From assembly GCF_006345805.1 (NCBI RefSeq), contig NC_043011.1, forward strand, positions 34,422,464 to 34,486,463: DNA of 64,000 bases, read 5' to 3'. Shown here piece by piece: positions 14,488 through 27,251 of the stretch (positions within the stretch are counted from its first letter, which is position 1; each line of letters opens with the position of its first letter). The position numbers were made by a program, and so were the translations under genes. The notes under the pieces are model-generated. The model was not told the origin of the DNA. It was given only the letters and a program-made list of their open reading frames with translations, and ran no database searches. The DNA comes from Octopus sinensis (Eukaryota).

Positions 14488-14870
14488 TCTCTCTATATAT
14501 AAACGGCAGTTTGTCTGTCTGCGTGTCTGTGTGTCTGTTAGGTTGTACCCTCACCCTGACCACGGCTTTCAACCGATTCTGATGAAACTTGACACACACA
14601 TAGTCCAATGTCATAATTCAAAACTAACGCAGCGAAAATTTTGAAAAGTTCCCCCAGTTCTGAAAAAAATCGATAAATTCGACATGGGGTCGAGAATCAG
14701 AAACACAAACCACAGACTGTCTAGGGGACGCAACTCGACCTTTTTAACTCTCAAAAAAATTTACCATAATTTCTTTTCCATTTTTTTGCTATTTTTTGGC
14801 TATAACTCTCTAAAAATGCTTTATAGTTATTTCCCTTACAAACCCGAGCAACGCCGGGCGATACTGCTAG
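14488..14870 (+). mobile_element. Non-autonomous Helitron
   Basis: A|TC ... subterminal hairpin cccgagcaacgccggg ... CTAG|T; no TSD. Confidence 0.88.
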
Positions 14871-16150
14871 TCTTTGATAAAGTTCCAGTGCACGAAGCTC
14901 TCGATCTTTAAGTCACTCTAACATCTGCCGATTAATCATAAATAAATACTCATCTCCGTCCTAATCGATGCAGAACCATGTTTACACACACACACGTATT
15001 CAAAACTTCAAAAGCTACAGTCGCAGGTATATTCCGTCTGATACATACGTATTTACGCTACATAAGCTGTTGTGTCTGGGGAGAATCATTCTCTTTTGGT
15101 GCCTTAGGCTCTTCGCCGTCTACGGACCATTTCTCCGTTGTTACCAAATCTGGATAGCAAGGCCTTTCTCTCACAGGTCTTATCATTTGTTAATCAATGC
15201 TTCTATAACTGAACTTTTTCTAGGTAGGGATACAGTGCTTGATTAGTTTTAAGCTCTTCTCTACCTGTGGAGTAAAAACCACCGGCAACTTTTCTTCACT
15301 CTTCTCACTCTGGGCTGTCTTTTAAGATCATTCTCTTCAAGGGTTTGTTGGTATTGATTTGCCATCGATGCTTCTGCAATTTCGTTTTTTTTCTGGGTAG
15401 GGGTGTTGGCCTTACACAAACCCATTTTTACCTCTGGGAAGAGGTGGTCCATATTAGTTTGGCCTCAATCCTTTGACCTGTCTAGCGTCGGAGGCCCTGC
15501 CAGGAGTTTGCGCTTCGCTGGCATATATCTGGGTCATTGAGGTACACTAAGTCACCACATTGCAATGACGGTTGGACCTTGAGGTGGATTTTCTCTGATT
15601 TAAAATGGTTTTCTTATGGGCTTACATAAACAGCCACGCGCACGCGTGCACACAGACACACAGATACACACACACACACACATACATACACACATAAATA
15701 TACGCACACATCCTATCAAAAGCAATACACATACACACAAACACACACATGCACGTACGTTCGTATACACATATACCGACATGCGTAATGTATCAACTTC
15801 TTTCGATACTTCTTTGCTTATACAATACTGTCGCATATACATAAGACATTGTGAAAAAAATACGATACAAACAGAAAGTTCTTGAGAGATGGAGACTAAA
15901 TAAAATGGCGAGAGAAAGAGAAAGAAAGAGAGAGAGAGAGAGAGAGAGAGTTAGTTATAGGTGAGTGAAATAATAAGATAAGAGACGCAGTGAATACAAC
16001 AGACAAACACAGTTTGTATGTGTTTGACCTACAAGTAATGTCTGTGTATGTGTTGTATGCGTAAATCAATGTAATGTGTATGTCTGTGTCTGTGTATGTA
16101 CGTGTACACACACACAGACACAGACACACACACACACAGACACGCACACT

Positions 16151-16793
16151 CATTAGTCGGACGATGGCCTAGCTAGCCGAAACTTCGAGGTCAATAACAT
16201 TCTTGTATAAAAATAATAAATTTATTAAATCTCCGAACGAGATGTAAACAGTAACCGCTCGACAACGTAAAGTGTACTAGCCATCTGAATGTGGCTAGCC
16301 ACTGGGGGTGGGTGTTACTGACGCTTTTAGCCCCAGGAGATCGACGTCTCCAGCTGGCCTTAGACACAATTTCAGTGCCCTTGTGTTATTTGCAAAGGGA
16401 GTTCATTCTCCCTCGAAAACCTAAGTGATACATACGGACTATAGTTTCAAGGTTTTTGCCTCTCGTCAACGTATGGTAAACACCGGTTTTCGATGAAGGA
16501 GACCTTTGCAAATAATATTTAACGTTTTTCACAGCAACCACAGTCACTGATTTAGAAAAACTGTCTGAAAGCATTAATAAATCTCCGAACGAGATGTAAA
16601 CGGTAACCGCTCGACAACGTAAAGTGTACTAGCCATCTGAATGTGGCTAGGCACTGGGGGTGGGTGTTACTGACGCTTTTAACCCCACGAGGTCGACGTC
16701 TCCAGCTGAGACGTCGATCTCCTGGGGCTAAAAGCGTCAGTAACACCCACCCCCAGTGCCTAGCCACATTCAGATGGCTAGTACACTTTACGT
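16151..16793. mobile_element. Composite Penelope-like remnant: hammerhead, 130 bp direct repeat pair and ~85 bp inverted copy
   Basis: Direct repeats at 16227-16356 and 16579-16708; inverted arm at 16708-16793 forms a hairpin with 16617-16702. Confidence 0.5.
16153..16197 (+). ncRNA. Decayed type I hammerhead motif (U4 to G)
   Basis: ttagt CGGACGA T GGC-ctagcta-GCC GAAAC TTCGAG GTC aataa; stem III ACT-TCGA-GGT, GUC triplet. Confidence 0.6.
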
Positions 16794-17030
16794 AATAATA
16801 AATTTGTATTCTGCAAAAGTATATATCAGCGCTCGGCAACCGGTGTGTCACAAGACAATGCAAGGTGTGCCGCATTGTAACCTGAATATAATTTTTCCCT
16901 TATACTTTTAGTTACACTTTTAGCTCAGATGTGCTGCTGAATTTTGATCGTAAGTGAAAAAATGTTCCGGAGCACTGGTATAGAGTAACTCATCAGATTA
17001 ATGTAAAATTGTTTTCATTATAAGTGAATG

Positions 17031-17444
17031 GGATCTTATCAGTTTGAACGGCAGTTTTTTCTAGCGGTGTCATATGAAATTGTCACCCATAATTATGACC
17101 CTAGTATCGATCTATTGCATTTCAATCTGTTTTAGGGTTAGGTTGGGGGGAAGGGTATATTTTTTTTCTTCAGAAATGTAAATAAACCCAATCTCTGTTT
17201 CTTAAACGAGGGACATATTCATACGGCACAGAATGTTTTCACCTCAATAGACGTCATTGATTGGTTGAAATTGCAGAAATTGAAGAAAAAACAACAACAA
17301 ATATCTTAGAAACCATAGAATTTTCTCAAGAAAGCCAAGAGAAAAAGATGTTTTATAAACACATTCTACCAGTATACGAAGTTTAAAAGTGCTTAGTTAT
17401 GTGGAAATTATTTTAAAAAACTGCCGTTCAAACCGAAAAGATCC
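17031..17444 (-). mobile_element. Same Merlin-like MITE, opposite orientation
   Basis: Perfect TSD agtgaatg at 17023-17030 and 17445-17452. Confidence 0.85.
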
Positions 17445-17566
17445 AGTGAATGTAAAACAAACATTAATATACATGCATACATACATACATATATCTGTCT
17501 ATCTATCTATCTGTCTGTCTGTCTGTCTTTTACTTGTTTCAAAAAGCACCCTTGCAGTGTTTAGTC

Positions 17567-17864
17567 CAGGGGTTCCCAACCTTATTTTGCTTGTGGACCT
17601 CTTGAGAACTATCTTGTCATCTGTGGACCCCATATATGCACATGCAAATTTTTGAAATAAAATATTTGTTTGTAGGTTAGTAAGAACTAACAATAAAACA
17701 ATTTCGTTATATTCATAACATAAATTCAAAATACAAATCTTGAAAATGTCAATAAACACAGTTGCCTCTTTTAGTAAACAAAATTTATATAGGGACCCAC
17801 AAATTGCAGTTTTTTACTCGTCGATCCCCTTAAAGCTTCTGTGAACCCCTGTTGGGAACCTCTG
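17567..17864. mobile_element. hAT (Charlie-like) MITE
   Basis: caggggttcccaac / gttgggaacctctg TIRs; 8 bp TSD gtttagtc/gtttagtt. Confidence 0.85.
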
Positions 17865-18120
17865 GTTTAGTTTACCAAACTCAGTCGGTTCGTCTACTGT
17901 CATAATTATAAGCAAATATATTTTTTATTGCTCTCTTTCTCTTGCCTTCTCTCACTCGCACACAAACATAAGCACAAGCACACACAAGGGGAACATTCAC
18001 TAAATCTCCATTTGTAAAACTCAATGTCAAATACACTCTTTACGATGAAAAAGACTGACGTTTCGAGCCTACGCTCTTCGATAAAAAAGTTTGAGAGTAA
18101 GAAAACAATGATGCACACAC

Positions 18121-18258
18121 ATTAATATTTAGCAGAAACAACAGTGACTCAAGGGCCGAGAATTTCTTGCGTTAGCACTTATCAAACGAGTTAAATTAGT
18201 GCCAACTTACGAAAGTCTCGGCCCTTGATTCACTCTGTTGCTTCTGCTAAATGTTAAT
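18121..18258. repeat. Short foldback (hairpin) element
   Basis: atttagcagaaacaacagtgactcaagggccgaga / tctcggcccttgattcactctgttgcttctgctaaat. Confidence 0.75.
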
Positions 18259-18908
18259 AAAAATATACAGCAGCCTGGGTTTCAGGGGCCCACAACTTTT
18301 TAATATTCTCCCAAAGAGCCTGAGGGACCTACACAGAGTGGATGTAGGTGTTTTCAAATCAAAACTGAACCTCTTCTTGTCGAGTCCCAAATGAACCTAC
18401 GTCGCGGCAAGAGGTGCAAGTGAGGGTACCGACATCAACCCCGCTTATTCACTAAATGCCACATATAAGAGGAGGCTCTCAATAATAACAGTGTAGCAAA
18501 ACGGCAGCGCCCCAGCATGGCCACAGCTTTGAGCCGAGACTGAAATTATATAGTAAGAAGCTTGCTTCTCAACCACATGGTTCCGGGTTCAGTCACACTG
18601 TGTGGGACCTTGAGGAAGAGTCTTCTACTATAGCCCCTGACCGACCAAAGCCATGTGAGCGGATTTGGTAGACGGAAACTGAAAGAAGCCCTTCATATAT
18701 GTATGTATCTACGAGTTTGTGTTTGTCCCCCACCATAGCTTGACAACCGATGTTGGTGTGTTTTCGTCCTCGTAAGTTAGCGGCTCGGCAAAAAAGACCG
18801 ATAGAATAAGTTCTAGGCTTACAAAAGAATAAGTCCTGGGGTCGATTTGTTCGACTAAAGGCGGTACACCGGCATGGCCGCAGTCAAATGACTGAAACAA
18901 ATAAAAGA

Positions 18909-18939
<31 letters not shown>

Positions 18940-19174
18940 TACATACATACATATATATATATATGTGTGTGTGTGTATGTGTTTGTATGTATATATATAC
19001 ATATATATATACATATATATATAGAGAGATAAATAGCTAGAGTGTTGTTTAAGCGTTTGAGTTCGTGTACATTGCATACGATAAGATATTGATAACAACA
19101 CCAATAGTGTGAGATAGTTACATTATATCTATGATGAAATAGATTTCCACATAAATGGACTACATTGTATTTTG

Positions 19175-19254
<80 letters not shown>

Positions 19255-19499
19255 CATGATAAGAAATACTAGAAACGGAAAACCAAGTTGGGTCACTTTT
19301 TTGCACACGCACACATTAACAACATATAGATACCTGTTTATATTTAGCTGTATTATTTAAAGACTCGTCTATCCACGTTGAAAAGAAAACATCGGTAAAT
19401 CTGAATTAGATTTTTTTTTCCTAACAGGGTTTACCTGTTGTAAAACGCTTAGTAATATTTAAAAATATAGTAGTCGATTTGTTTGCCCCCCCTCCACCC

Positions 19500-20050
19500 G
19501 CCTGCACGCACTCGTACAGTGTCCAACCATTTTCCGACCTGTGGGCTTATGTCGAACGACTGCTGTCGCGTGTGGGACGAGTCCGTTTATCAACCGAGTC
19601 TATCGTGAATATTGTCGCGCCTCCTTCCTTGAAACGGGAAGGAAGAGCCATTTTCATTGTACTTATGGCTATGGCGAAAGAATGTGTATGGTGGACGCGT
19701 CTGGAAGGTCTAGAGACAAACACTTTCCTCTCTGGTCAATCTCTCATCAACTTCAAGTATTACTTGAAGAGGAAGGTGAGAGTAGAGAGGGAAGTTTTGT
19801 CTAGTGAATGCTTCAAAAAAAGATGGGTGAATGTAGCAAAGATGGCACGTGTGAATGACGGGGCCACCTTGAGCATAATCCTATGAACCAGAAAACGAAA
19901 GGAAAAAAGAGTGTCATTTACTGTAATCTGTTTTTTTGTATGACATTATTGCCCGAGGTTACCGTGGTCTTTTCCGTAGGCTTTTTTTCCCACGGATAAA
20001 CCTAATCTGTTTCCCCTTTTACATTATGACATTTCTGTGATACACAATCC
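19500..20050 (+). mobile_element. 5'-truncated Tx1/L1-like LINE 3' end (ORF2 C-terminus plus 3' UTR)
   Basis: LHALVQCPTI|SDLWAYVERLL...MAKECVWWTR...F.KRW: second half of the CCHC knuckle (one +1 frameshift) and a Tx1-type C-terminus; stop at 19886. Confidence 0.75.
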
Positions 20051-20068
20051 CTATTGATCGGCTTCCTT

Positions 20069-22328
20069 TAATCCTAACCTTAATCCTAACCCTAAACGCG
20101 AACGCTAACCATAAACCTTAACCCTAAATCCTAACCTTAAACCTAAATCCTAACTTTAACCCTTAACCCTAACCTTAAATTTTAACTAAACCCTAAATCC
20201 TAACCTTAAACCTAAATCCTAACTTTAACCCTAAACCCTAACCTTAAATTTTAACTTAAACCCTAAATCCTAACCTTAAACCTAAATCCTAACTTTAACC
20301 CTAAACCCTAACCTTAAATTTTAACTTAAACCCTAAATCCTAACCGTAAACCTAAATCCTAACTTTAACCCTAAACCCTAACCTTAAATTTTAACTTAAA
20401 CCTTAAATCCTAACCATAAACCTAAATCCTAACTTTAACCCTAAACCCTAACCTAACCTTAAATTTTAACTTAAACCCTAAATCCTAACCTTAAACCTAA
20501 ATCCTAACTTTAACCCTAAACCCTAACCTTAAATTTTAACTTAAACCCTAAATCCTGACCTTAAACCTAAATCCTAACTTTAACCCTAAACCCTAACCTT
20601 AAATTTTAACTTAAACCCTAAATCCTAACCTTAAACCTAAATCCTAACTTTAACCCTAAATCCTAACCTTAAATTTTAACTTAAACCCTAAATCCTAACC
20701 TTAAACCTAAATCCTAACTTTAACCCTAAATCCTAACCTTAAATTTTAACTTAAACCCTAAATCCTAACCGTAAACCTAAATCCTAACTTTAACCCTAAA
20801 CCCTAACCTTAAATTTTAACTTAAACCTTAAATCCTAACCTTAAACCTAAATCCTAACTTTAACCCTAAACCCTAACCTTAAATTTTAACTTAAACCCTA
20901 AATCCTAACCTTAAACCTAAATCCTAACTTTAACCCTAAACCCTAACCTTAAATTTTAACTTAAACCCTAAATCCTGACCTTAAACCTAAATCCTAACTT
21001 TAACCCTAAACCCTAACCTTAAATTTTAACTTAAACCCTAAATCCTAACCTTAAACCTAAATCCTAACTTTAACCCTAAACCCTAACCTAAATTTTAACT
21101 TAAACCCTAAATCCTAACCTTAAACCTAATCCTAACTTTAACCCTAAACCCTAACCTTAAATTTTAACTTAAACCCTAAATCCTGACCTAAACCTAAATC
21201 CTAACTTTAACCCTAAACCCTAACCTTAATTTTAACATAAACCCTAATCCTAACCTTAAACCTAAATCCTAACTTTACCCTAAACCCTAACCTTAAATTT
21301 TAACTTAACCCTAAATCCTGACCTAAACCTAAATCCTAACTTTAACCCTAAACCCTAACCTTAAATTTTAACTTAAACCCTAAATCCTAACCTTAACCTA
21401 AATCCTAACTTTAACCCTAAATCCTAACCTTAAATTTTAACTTAAACCCTAAATCCTAACCTTAAACCTAAATCCTAACTTTACCTTAAATTTTAACTTA
21501 AACCCTAAATCCTAACCTTAACCTAAATCCTACTTTACCTTAAATTTTAACTTAACCCTAAATCCTAACCTTAACCTAAATCCTAACTTTAACCCTAAAT
21601 CCTAACCTTAAATTTTAACTTAAACCCTAAATCCTAACCTTAAACCTAAATCCTAACTTTACCTTAAATTTTAACTTAAACCCTAAATCCTAACCTTAAA
21701 TTTTAACTTAAACCCTAAATCCTAACCTTAAATTTTAACTTAAACCCTAAATCCTAACCTTAAACCTAAATCCTAACTTTACCTTAAATTTTAACTTAAA
21801 CCCTAAATCCTAACCTTAAACCTAAATCCTAACTTTACCTTAAATTTTAACTTAAACCCTAAATCCTAACCTAAACCTAAATCCTAACCTAAATTTTAAC
21901 TTAAACCTAATCCTAACCTAAATTTTAACTTAAACCCTAAATCCTAACCTTAAACCTAATCCTAACTTTACCTTAAATTTTAACTTAAACCCTAAATCCT
22001 AACCTTAAACCTAAATCCTAACTTTACCTTAAATTTTAACTTAAACCCTAAATCCTAACCTTAAACCTAAATCCTAACTTTAACCCTAAATCCTAACCTT
22101 AAATTTTAACTTAAACCCTAAATCCTAACCTTAAACCTAAATCCTAACTTTACCTTAAATTTTAACTTAAACCCTAAATCCTAACCTTAAACCTAAATCC
22201 TAACTTTACCTTAAATTTTAACTTAAACCCTAAATCCTAACCTTAAACCTAAATCCTAACTTTACCTTAAATTTTAACTTAAACCCTAAATCCTAACTGT
22301 AACCTCGACCGTAGACCCTAGCTCTAAT
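20069..22328. repeat. Telomere-like satellite with 70 bp, 56 bp and 32 bp higher-order units built from CCCTAA/CCCTAAA/TCCTAA-like subunits
   Basis: 70-mer AACTTTAACCCTAAACCCTAACCTTAAATTTTAACTTAAACCCTAAATCCTAACCTTAAACCTAAATCCT (e.g. 20221 and 20291); 56 bp period at 22147/22203; 32 bp period at 21662/21694/21726. Confidence 0.95.
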
Positions 22329-22858
22329 CTCACTGAGAACAGGTTATTTCAGTCTAGATTACAGGTACTGCAGTAGACTGCACGCTAAAGTAGCACCAAA
22401 AAATCTTTGATTGCCAGCAGGATTCTAAAGAAAACAGGCAAAACCTGTCACAGGATAAAGCAAAACAAGCAAATACACTTAACTTGAGAATGTTACAGGT
22501 GTTTATCAATAAATGCTGTGTATATTTAGTGTGTGTGTGTGTGTCATTGTTGTGTACCTGTGTGTGTATGTATTTGAATAGGCGTGTGTATGTATTCGTT
22601 GCGTGTGTGCATGTATATATCTGTTTGTTGTATGTATGCGTTTGTGTATGTGTATGTGCATGTGTGTGTGTGTTCGTGTCTGCATGTGTATGCATGTTAG
22701 TGCATGTGCTTGTGTGCATGTGTGTTTGTATCTGTTTGTGTGCGTGTGTGTCTGCTTGCATATGCGTGTGTGTATGTGTATGTGTTTGTTGCGTGTATCT
22801 TAGTATGAGCACACAAACATATGCACACACGTACACACACACACACGCACACACACAT

Positions 22859-22893
<35 letters not shown>

Positions 22894-23551
22894 TTTAAGG
22901 ACAAGGAATTGACTTGGTTATGAAAGAATCAGACAGAATGCCTTACAGCGACCGTTCTAAATACTTGCTTTCTGAGTTCAAATCCTGCAATAGCCAACTT
23001 GGCCTTTCCTCCTTTAAAGGTCTGTTAAATAAAGCAGCAGTTCAAGGCAAGTGAGACAATCAGAAGCTTAGACAAGATACCTAATGATATTAGTTTCATC
23101 CCTGTTTGTTCTGCGCTAGCACTGGAACCAAATGCATCGGCTCTTGCCTTTCTCGTGGACAACAAAGCTCATATGGGGAGGATGAATCGCAAAGCCGTCC
23201 GCAGCGGAATTTGAACTCAAAGCGTAATGAGTGTTATGTAATCATCACAACAAACATGAACAATCAACGTTGCCCATTGTCTCCCTTGATACAAGGACAT
23301 TCAGTAAGTTTCCCGCCACAACAAATACCTTGTACAACAACGGCAGTCTAATAAAGTATCTCGTATCGTTAACACGTTTTTTCAGTCTCTCTCATTTTCT
23401 TAATCTTTCATACTAAGTACTCACTACTTCCTTTAATACTCAATACATTATATATATATAACAACAACAATGAGTAGGAAATAAATAGAACAAGTTTATT
23501 CTGTCTGGCAGGCTAAAGATTCTTCGTTGCTATATGTTAGCTTTTTATATA

Positions 23552-24066
23552 CCGTAAATCCTCGAGTATAATACGCATTTTTTCCCCAAAATTTAAAGGT
23601 CAAAATCCCTAGTGCGTGCTATATACGAGGTTAAAAATGAAAATTATTTTCCAAGCAATGTCCAAGTCTCTATTTGCTGTCCGGCAATGTTTATTCAGAC
23701 GCATTTTGTGATGTCGGGCGCGAAAATACCTTAAGCTAAGCTTGAAAGCAATGAAGTTATAAAAGAATCATCCATAACTTGCAGTAAGCAACATTTATTA
23801 AACGTTATTACTGTTATTTCTTTATTTTCTGCCAACAAAATGCACAAAAAAGCTACACGTTTGCATTATGTTATATATACAATAATAATAATAAAGGACG
23901 TTACCATATACATTTTTACAAACCAAGGACGTTATATAGACCTCCTTGACTCAAGATAGAGAGGGGGTGCGTATTATACACACGGTTTAGGTTTTTCAGA
24001 GGTACAGCTCCCTAAAAATCCCCTGCGTATTATACTCAAGGGCGGACTATACTCGAGGATTTACGG
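23552..24066. mobile_element. Tc2/pogo-type MITE
   Basis: TA|ccgtaaatcctcgagtata ... tatactcgaggatttacgg|TA; CCGTA termini are typical of the Tc2 group. Confidence 0.85.
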
Positions 24067-24246
24067 TAAGCATTTATCCAAAATTAAAAATACGCGCTTA
24101 CATGCAACCTTTTGCTTACCTAAAGCATTTTCATAAGTTTGCCCTAAACGTCCACTTGTTTTCAAAATTTTAATTAGCCTTTGTTTCATACATTCTGATT
24201 AATAAATATAAAGCTTTCCTTTCATAAGTCCTTTCAGTTACTCAGT

Positions 24247-24615
24247 GGAGGCGCAATGGCCCAGTGGTTAGGGCAGCGAACTCGCGGTCGTAGGATCGCG
24301 GTTTCGAATCCCAGACCGGGCGTTGTGAATGTTTATTGAGCGAAAACACCTAATAGCTCCACAAGGCTCCGGCAGGGGATGGTGGTGATCCCTGCTGTAC
24401 TCTTTCACCACAACTTTCTCTCAGTCTTACTTCCTGTTTCTGTTGTACCTGTATTTCAAGGGGCCGGCCTTGTCACTCTCTCCTGAGAACTACGTTTAGG
24501 GTGCACGTGTCTGTGGAGTGCTCAGTCACTTACACATTAATTTCACGAGCAGGCTGTTCCGTTGATTCGGATTAACCGGAACCCTCATCGTCGTAACCGA
24601 CGGAGTGCTTCCTCC
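24247..24615 (+). mobile_element. tRNA-headed SINE family B, full length; other copies at 41049-41430 (+) and partial ones near 941-1232, 8610-8830, 43770-44010, 54738-55022
   Basis: A box tggcccagtgg, B box ggtttcgaatcc; 12 bp TSD tcagttactcag at 24234-24245 and 24616-24627. Confidence 0.88.
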
Positions 24616-24954
24616 TCAGTTACTCAGGTGGTTGCAAAAACAAAATTAGAAATGCATATCATATGTGATACATAGACGCCAGAGAAATATATCTTGTGTA
24701 CGACACAGGACAAGGGGCTAACGTTAAAATGACACTAATAAAAGAATTACTGGATTTATGCTTTTTTGATACCTGATATCTAGAGAGTTCAATATAATTT
24801 TCTTTTTTCTCTTTCGTTTTTATCTTATTTTTCTTAAAACTAATCGCAAATGTCGCGTTTGTATAGGCTTGGTTTGTAAATATGTATTTTGTTAATGTAT
24901 GCATGCATATGTATGTGTGCATGGCTATGTACATATGTGTATGTATAAGCTTGT

Positions 24955-24986
<32 letters not shown>

Positions 24987-25074
24987 GTGTATGCTGTGTA
25001 TAATTTGTGCGTGTATGTGTATGTGGTATGCCTGCGTAACTGAGTATACATATATAAGTAAAGATATATTAGAA

Positions 25075-25680
25075 TGTATGTATGTATGTATGTATGTATA
25101 TATGTATAATGTATGTATGATGTATGTATGATGTATGTATGTATGTATGTATGTATGTATGTATGTATGATGTATGTATGTATGTATGTATGATGTATGT
25201 ATGTATGTATGTATGTATGTATGATGTATGTATGTATGTATGTATGTATGTATGTATGTATGTATGTATGTATGTATGATGTATGTATGTATGTATGTAT
25301 GTATGTATGATGTATGTATGTATGTATGTATGTATGTATGTATGAATGTATGTATGATGTATGTATGTATGTATGTATGATGTATGTATGTATGTATGTA
25401 TGATGTATGTATGATGTATGTATGTATGTATGTATGTATGTATGTATGTATGTATGATGTATGTATGTATGTATGTATGTATGTATGTATGTATGTATGT
25501 ATGTATGATGTATGTATGATGTATGTATGTATGTATGTATGTATGTATGATGTATGTATGTATGTATGTATGTATGTATGTATGTATGTATGTATGTATG
25601 TATGTATGTATGATGTATGTATGTATGTATGTATGTATGTATGATGTATGTATGTATGTATGTATGTATGTATGTATATA
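25075..25680. repeat. (TATG)n microsatellite with recurrent 3 nt interruptions
   Basis: Direct inspection. Confidence 0.95.
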
Positions 25681-26162
25681 TACACATAAATTTCTTAGTG
25701 TGTAATTAATGTATCTATGTATGTATAAATATATACTAGCACGTGTGTATGAATTTATGAATATATGTATGTACTATGCACCTTCGTTTCGATGGATGGA
25801 TGGATGGGTGAATGGCTGGATGGATGGATGGATGGATAAATGGATGGATGTATAAGTATGTCTGAAAGAGTATGTGTAAATACTCTTGCCCCCCCCCCCG
25901 TCTTTTTTGTTCAGTGCAAACGTAAATATATTTCAATGGATTCTTTCTTCCTTATTCGCTGTTATATGAAACTTACCAAACTAGTCATACATCCCGCCAC
26001 ACGCACATACGCACCCACCATCCAGAATGTATGTATGTATGTATGTATGTATGTAATGTATGTATGTATGTATGTATGTATGTATGTATGTGTGTATGTA
26101 TGTATGTATGTATGTATGTGTGTGTATATGTGTGTGTGTGTGTATGTGTGTGTGTGTGTATG

Positions 26163-26198
<36 letters not shown>

Positions 26199-26327
26199 TA
26201 TATAATCTGTGTGTGTGTATGTATATACATATATATAATATAAATAATATATAAATATATGTATATATACATACATATATAAGTATATACATGCATATAT
26301 GGGTACAGGACATCATATATGTGTGTG

Positions 26328-26374
<47 letters not shown>

Positions 26375-26708
26375 GCAATTATGGATGAATGTGTGCGTGT
26401 ATTTGTGTATGCGAATATGTGTGTATGTGTGATTGCATTTATATACTTTGGAAAATATCCCATAAGAATTGAAAAGTTATCACACACATACATAGACACA
26501 CACACACACAGACACACATGCACAGACACACACATACGCACACACACACACACACAACACTCCTATCGGCCCTATATATGATTGTATAAACGTATGTGAT
26601 TGTGTGTATATATACATATACGTACATACATTGCGTGCAGGTGTGAGAGAAGGGGAGGAAGAGGTGCGTGTGTGTACATACGTACATACATACATATATA
26701 TATATATA

Positions 26709-26743
<35 letters not shown>

Positions 26744-27004
26744 GAGAGAAAGGGAGAAAGAGGGGACAGTAGAAAGAAGGTGTGAGCGAAATCTAGCTCC
26801 CTAAATCTCATCTGCATAGAGATAGGTTCATGTATACATGTACAAGTTAGAGATTTGAAAGAAATACCCTACGTACACCAACTACAATTATCAAGTTCTT
26901 AAGAAATTATTTTCTTTTTACAAACGTTATTTTTTTTGTTTTCCCCTACACTTTCTTTCGTTTATTCTTTTCTTAATTCTCTCACGTCTCTTCTTTCTTC
27001 CAGA

Positions 27005-27068
27005 ATGGAAACGAAAGTGATCCTATTTGCTGTGATTTGTATACTTTCTGTAGTTATACCTACTGAAG
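27005..27068 (+). CDS. ITGB: Integrin beta coding exon 1 (signal peptide [22 protein letters not shown]), ends phase 1
   Basis: Hydrophobic N-terminus. Acceptor ttctttcttccag lies immediately before A-ATG; donor GT at 27069. Confidence 0.85.
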
Positions 27069-27220
27069 GTAAATATATAGTTATTTATTTTTTAATATTC
27101 TTTCAAATAATTCCTTTTTTTTTTCTCATCGTTTTCCTTTTCTGTTTCTTTTATTCTGTCTTTCCTTTTTTTCTTTCCTTTTCTTCTTCACTTTCTTCAT
27201 CCTACTGCTTACCTACTTTG

Positions 27221-27251
<31 letters not shown>

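Noticed and set aside
14684-14911. Recurrent [16 protein letters not shown]... (also 30558 and 47125) as a small gene family
   Set aside because: All three are internal to copies of the same non-autonomous Helitron and differ by frameshifts.
21060-21600. Scattered single-base deletions in satellite units as biological variants
   Set aside because: They fall in homopolymer runs and are not shared between units, which is typical of unpolished long-read error.
20069-22328. True telomere or chromosome end
   Set aside because: It is flanked by unique sequence on both sides and is made of complex 70/56/32 bp units, not pure TTAGGG.
24659-25705. Longest ORFs in the track (342 aa and 281 aa HTYI-repeat proteins)
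   Set aside because: They are translations of the stop-free (TATG)n microsatellite. The same applies to the YI/CV/HT/LSIY/poly-S/E/L/T ORFs elsewhere (e.g. 3430-4060, 22354-22912, 60416-60891, 61738-62106).
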